Source: Clostridia bacterium (GTDB lineage Bacteria; Bacillota; Clostridia; UBA1212; DUPL01). Taken from it: a DNA stretch of 64,000 nucleotides. This document shows, one piece after another, positions 61,119-64,000 of this stretch. The stretch lies in NCBI GenBank assembly GCA_050951325.1, contig JBMNIW010000001.1, positions 1 to 64,000 on the forward strand. The letters are read 5' to 3'. The translations under genes and the position numbers were made by a program. The notes under the pieces were generated by a model. The model was given only the letters and a program-made list of their open reading frames with translations, was not told the origin of the DNA and did not search any database. The number at the start of each line of letters is the position of its first letter. Position 1 is the first letter of the stretch.

Positions 61119-61618
61119 ACCAACACCCCATTATACTCAATTCGTGAAAACAAAATATTTATAAACTCACCAAGACCTTTTGCATCTTCCATATCAAATC
61201 TGTTTAACACAGGACTATCTATGTCCAATACTCCTATCAAGTTATCTCCCTTGACAATAGGCAGAACAATTTCTGATCTGGATGCAGGATCACATACAAT
61301 ATGACCCGGAAACTCTTCAGTATTCTTAACTACCTGCACTTTCAGACTTGCAGCTGCACTGCCGCACACCCCTTTACCTATCGGAATTCTTACACATGCA
61401 GGTTTTCCCTGAAAGGGTCCAAGCACCAGTTCCTCATCCCTGTATAAATAGAAACCTGCCCAATTAATATCGGGCATAAGGTTATACAGTAAAGCAGATG
61501 CATTGCAAAGCCCAGACAGCCAGTCTCGGTCGTCTCCCAACAATGCATCAAGATATTTATTTAATCTATTATAAAACTCTTTCTTGTTATCTGTCTCAAT
61601 CAACTCATATGTAAACAT
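61115..61618 (-). CDS. msrC: GAF-domain free methionine-R-sulfoxide reductase
   Basis: NWAGFY, LGPFQG.PAC.RI..GKGVCG, FPGHI.CD..SRSE, VLDIDS. Confidence 0.88.
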   Translation of the reverse strand: MFTYELIETDNKKEFYNRLNKYLDALLGDDRDWLSGLCNASALLYNLMPDINWAGFYLYRDEELVLGPFQGKPACVRIPIGKGVCGSAAASLKVQVVKNTEEFPGHIVCDPASRSEIVLPIVKGDNLIGVLDIDSPVLNRFDMEDAKGLGEFINILFSRIEYNGVLV

Positions 61619-61803
61619 AATCAATGCTCCAATACTGTTTATATGGTTAATTATAAAGAAGTATGGAGATATGGTCAAATGAAATAGTTTACTATCAAGA
61701 GTCTGAGTCACCGAACTACTTCCGCCACACTATATGGTTTTTTTGCTACGTTTTTATTGTCGTATGCTACAGCTGCGTTCTCCTTAACGATAATTCCCTA
61801 TTC

Positions 61804-62202
61804 TCACATCATATTCATATGATGATGCGTATCCACATGTTGCTGCATATCCATATGTTGCTGCATATCCATACGATGATGCGTATCCATATTAAGTTGC
61901 ATCTGTTCATCCATCTGTCTCTGTAATTCAATCTGATTCTGAATTTGCATGTTTATTTCCTGTTGCTGCATCTGATCCATAAACAATTGCTGCTGCATCT
62001 GAAACTGTCTAAGTTGTTCCTCGTTTTGCATTCGGTTAACCATTTGTTGATGCTGGTCTATGTTGTTGTTATAAAGCGTCTGCTGGTTATTATATGGTTT
62101 GTTTTTATTAACTATATAGACTATTGTAACTATCATACATACTAGAATTATTGCAACCACTACACATACAAGGAAACCGATAACAAGTATCATACTAAAC
62201 AT
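61804..62202 (-). CDS. Membrane-anchored Gln/Met/His-rich low-complexity protein
   Basis: AAGGAG SD, ~30-aa hydrophobic N-terminus, then a Q/M/N/H-rich tail. Confidence 0.68.
   Translation of the reverse strand: MFSMILVIGFLVCVVVAIILVCMIVTIVYIVNKNKPYNNQQTLYNNNIDQHQQMVNRMQNEEQLRQFQMQQQLFMDQMQQQEINMQIQNQIELQRQMDEQMQLNMDTHHRMDMQQHMDMQQHVDTHHHMNMM
61813..61884. repeat. Four imperfect 18-bp tandem units encoding MDTHHR/MDMQQH-type hexapeptides
   Basis: ATTCATATGATGATGCGT, ATCCACATGTTGCTGCAT, ATCCATATGTTGCTGCAT, ATCCATACGATGATGCGT. Confidence 0.8.
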
Positions 62203-62248
62203 ATTACAACTCTCCTTTATTATTTTCTGTATTATATTACATTTCCGG

Positions 62249-62264
62249 GACAAAAAATTGCACT
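62249..62264. promoter_or_regulatory. Conserved 16-bp upstream motif, copy 1
   Basis: GACAAAAAATTGCACT, identical at 63073 and 63813. Confidence 0.7.
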
Positions 62265-62361
62265 AATGATATTAATATAAAGTATATATTCATTTTCTGG
62301 TGTTGCCTGTTATTATGACCGTACGGCATATTAGAGACATTCACAGTTCCATTTGGGTCTT

Positions 62362-62398
62362 AAAAGCTGTCGCATATTTTTCTATACGACAGCTTTTT
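62362..62398. terminator. Intrinsic terminator
   Basis: AAAAGCTGTCG...CGACAGCTTTT. Confidence 0.7.
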
Positions 62399-62410
62399 GT
62401 TCTAACTACC

Positions 62411-63016
62411 TTAATGGTTATATCGCAGAAAAGATTGTGTTATTAGATAAGATAGATCCGCATTCATCATAAGTACTGACTCTTCTGTAAAATAGAAAGT
62501 CCATACAACGTAATTGTTTGAAGATATAACGCAACCCTCTAAAGCGCCAAAAACACCATCACATATTAGTCCATCCTCATTCGACATTTTTATTTCAACA
62601 TCGTGCAAATTATATACTGTCGTACTTAGTCCGTTGTGAATAAACGCTTCCATATGTATGGCATTACCATCATAATAGACATATTTTGGACTTATAACAA
62701 CCATATTATCGCCTGTATTTGGGACGTTGCTTATGAAGACGTTATTCGGATTAGCAGTTTCGTTTGCAGGCTCTTCAGTCTTTTGAGGCTTATCTGTCTC
62801 TTGTACCCCATCAGTTTTTGCAGGCTTCTCTGTCTCTTGTATCCCATCAGTTTTTGTCGGATCTTCAGTTGATTCGTCAATCCCAGGATTTTTGTTTTCC
62901 GAATCCGTAACACTAGGTGTCTGCTCATGATATTCTAGAATATCATTTTCTGTGCGAGCACATCCTACAGTTAAAACTGTTATTAATACTGTTATAAGAA
63001 TAAAAACTTTTTTCAT
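62411..63016 (-). CDS. Lipoprotein with repeat linker and SLAP-like C-terminal domain
   Basis: Lipobox LTVGC; L.MEAFIHNG, G.IC.G.F, WTF.F pattern; GGAGG SD. Confidence 0.62.
   Translation of the reverse strand: MKKVFILITVLITVLTVGCARTENDILEYHEQTPSVTDSENKNPGIDESTEDPTKTDGIQETEKPAKTDGVQETDKPQKTEEPANETANPNNVFISNVPNTGDNMVVISPKYVYYDGNAIHMEAFIHNGLSTTVYNLHDVEIKMSNEDGLICDGVFGALEGCVISSNNYVVWTFYFTEESVLMMNADLSYLITQSFLRYNH
62786..62857. repeat. 36-bp tandem duplication in the lipoprotein linker (KTDG[IV]QET[ED]KP)
   Basis: Two near-identical units starting at 62786 and 62822. Confidence 0.8.
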
Positions 63017-63072
63017 AAGATTACCTCCCGAAGTTAATGGTCTTTGTTGTGTATATAATAACAAAGTAGTAA

Positions 63073-63088
63073 GACAAAAAATTGCACT
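63073..63088. promoter_or_regulatory. Conserved 16-bp upstream motif, copy 2
   Basis: GACAAAAAATTGCACT. Confidence 0.7.
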
Positions 63089-63160
63089 GTTTATATACTA
63101 TTCTAAGCGTGGCATATCTGTAGCATAGAAGCTAAGTCTCATAATGTACACTAGATGTTA

Positions 63161-63751
63161 TTACTTGAACTTAACACTAATCCTTTCATTGTTATAATGC
63201 AAATCAAAAATATAGAGTGTTGAAATATGAAAAGTTAGACTATCAGCTTCTTTGTAACCATTAAAATAATACTCAAACTCACGTCTTTCACCGGATGCAA
63301 TGTCACCATCCAAAAAGTCATTCATATGTATGATTAAGTCTAATGGATACTTTTTCCCGGTACCATCCAAAACATATGCATCCATAGGGCTAAACTGTAT
63401 GTTTTGAGTTTTATGTTTGTTCTCCATTATACCTTTTACAACCAAAAAACTTCCATCTATCTTGTATCCGGTTATTGTAATCACTAGATTACCACCTACT
63501 GCTGTACCTTCAGCATTGGTATCGTTAAAACCATCTCCCGCCGGTGTTTCTTGCGGATGTTTTCCTGGAGTATTTGTTTTTTCCGCTGGATTGTTTGTAG
63601 TCTGTTCAACAGGTTCATTCGTAGCTTTTCCACCAGGTTCCGACGTTTCTGATATTAGCTCACCAACTGTAGTATCGTTGTCGTCCCAATCCTTGCAACC
63701 TACCATGAATACGATTGCTAGAAATATAATTACAAGCAGTGTTTTCTTCAT
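63161..63751 (-). CDS. Lipoprotein with Ig-like (DUF4352-like) domain
   Basis: Lipobox MVGC, disordered linker, LD..G.KY..G.I..GE......F pattern. Confidence 0.6.
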   Translation of the reverse strand: MKKTLLVIIFLAIVFMVGCKDWDDNDTTVGELISETSEPGGKATNEPVEQTTNNPAEKTNTPGKHPQETPAGDGFNDTNAEGTAVGGNLVITITGYKIDGSFLVVKGIMENKHKTQNIQFSPMDAYVLDGTGKKYPLDLIIHMNDFLDGDIASGERREFEYYFNGYKEADSLTFHISTLYIFDLHYNNERISVKFK

Positions 63752-63812
63752 ACATAGCCCTCCCCCATATATTAGCGTATTGTAGTACATATCTATGATA
63801 TCAAGTATGAAG

Positions 63813-63828
63813 GACAAAAAATTGCACT
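63813..63828. promoter_or_regulatory. Conserved 16-bp upstream motif, copy 3
   Basis: GACAAAAAATTGCACT, 4 nt after the stop codon of the upstream gene. Confidence 0.7.
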
Positions 63829-63832
63829 ATTT

Positions 63833-64000
63833 TCAATTTACTATCCGTTTGCATGTAGCCTTCCATTTAATATGCGTCAAGTCCACATCTGTCTTTTTTA
63901 CATACTTGCCTTCAAACACCAATGTATAAATTACTATTTCCTTAGAAGCAATCTTGCTATTCACTACAGTTGAAAATGCCTTCGATGCAATAACATTCTC
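63833..64000 (-). CDS. 3' end of a CDS cut by the window edge, probably SLAP-like
   Basis: Open frame ENVIASKAF...IYTLVFEGKYVKKTDVDLTHIKW...VN*; spacing matches the C-terminus of 62411..63016. Confidence 0.5.
   Translation of the reverse strand, partial: ENVIASKAFSTVVNSKIASKEIVIYTLVFEGKYVKKTDVDLTHIKWKATCKRIVN

Noticed and set aside
62249-63828. Thrice-repeated 16-mer as a CRISPR array
   Set aside because: The repeat is too short, spacing is about 740-820 bp with whole genes in between, and there are no cas genes.

Overview
Chromosomal window from a low-GC, flagellated, anaerobic Clostridia-like Firmicute. It carries housekeeping genes (nfo, nifJ/PFOR, fhs, azoR, fliD-fliS-fliT, MATE and ABC-2 exporters), a uxuA-uxuB hexuronate cluster with a divergent AraC regulator, and many glycan-processing genes: two GH78, a GH105-CBM32, a GH127/146-like enzyme, a DUF4838 protein and four GH99-like paralogs. 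I saw no rRNA, tRNA, CRISPR array or prophage; the only mobile-element-type gene is a solitary RAYT-like Y1 transposase. The most notable signals are: (1) a stand-alone 96-aa polyanionic protein with an N-terminal Lys tract and an SSB-like DDDFPF tip; (2) a two-gene layout seen three times, pairing a lipoprotein enzyme with a tail-anchored non-catalytic binding protein; (3) an exact 16-bp motif upstream of three consecutive envelope genes at the right end, one encoding a Gln/Met/His-rich protein; (4) an unannotated 58-aa ORF with an antisense short ORF inside it. Four genes are broken (nagA, an ABC-2 permease, a transglutaminase-like protein, DUF1801). All family calls come from recognising motifs by eye; no database searches were run.
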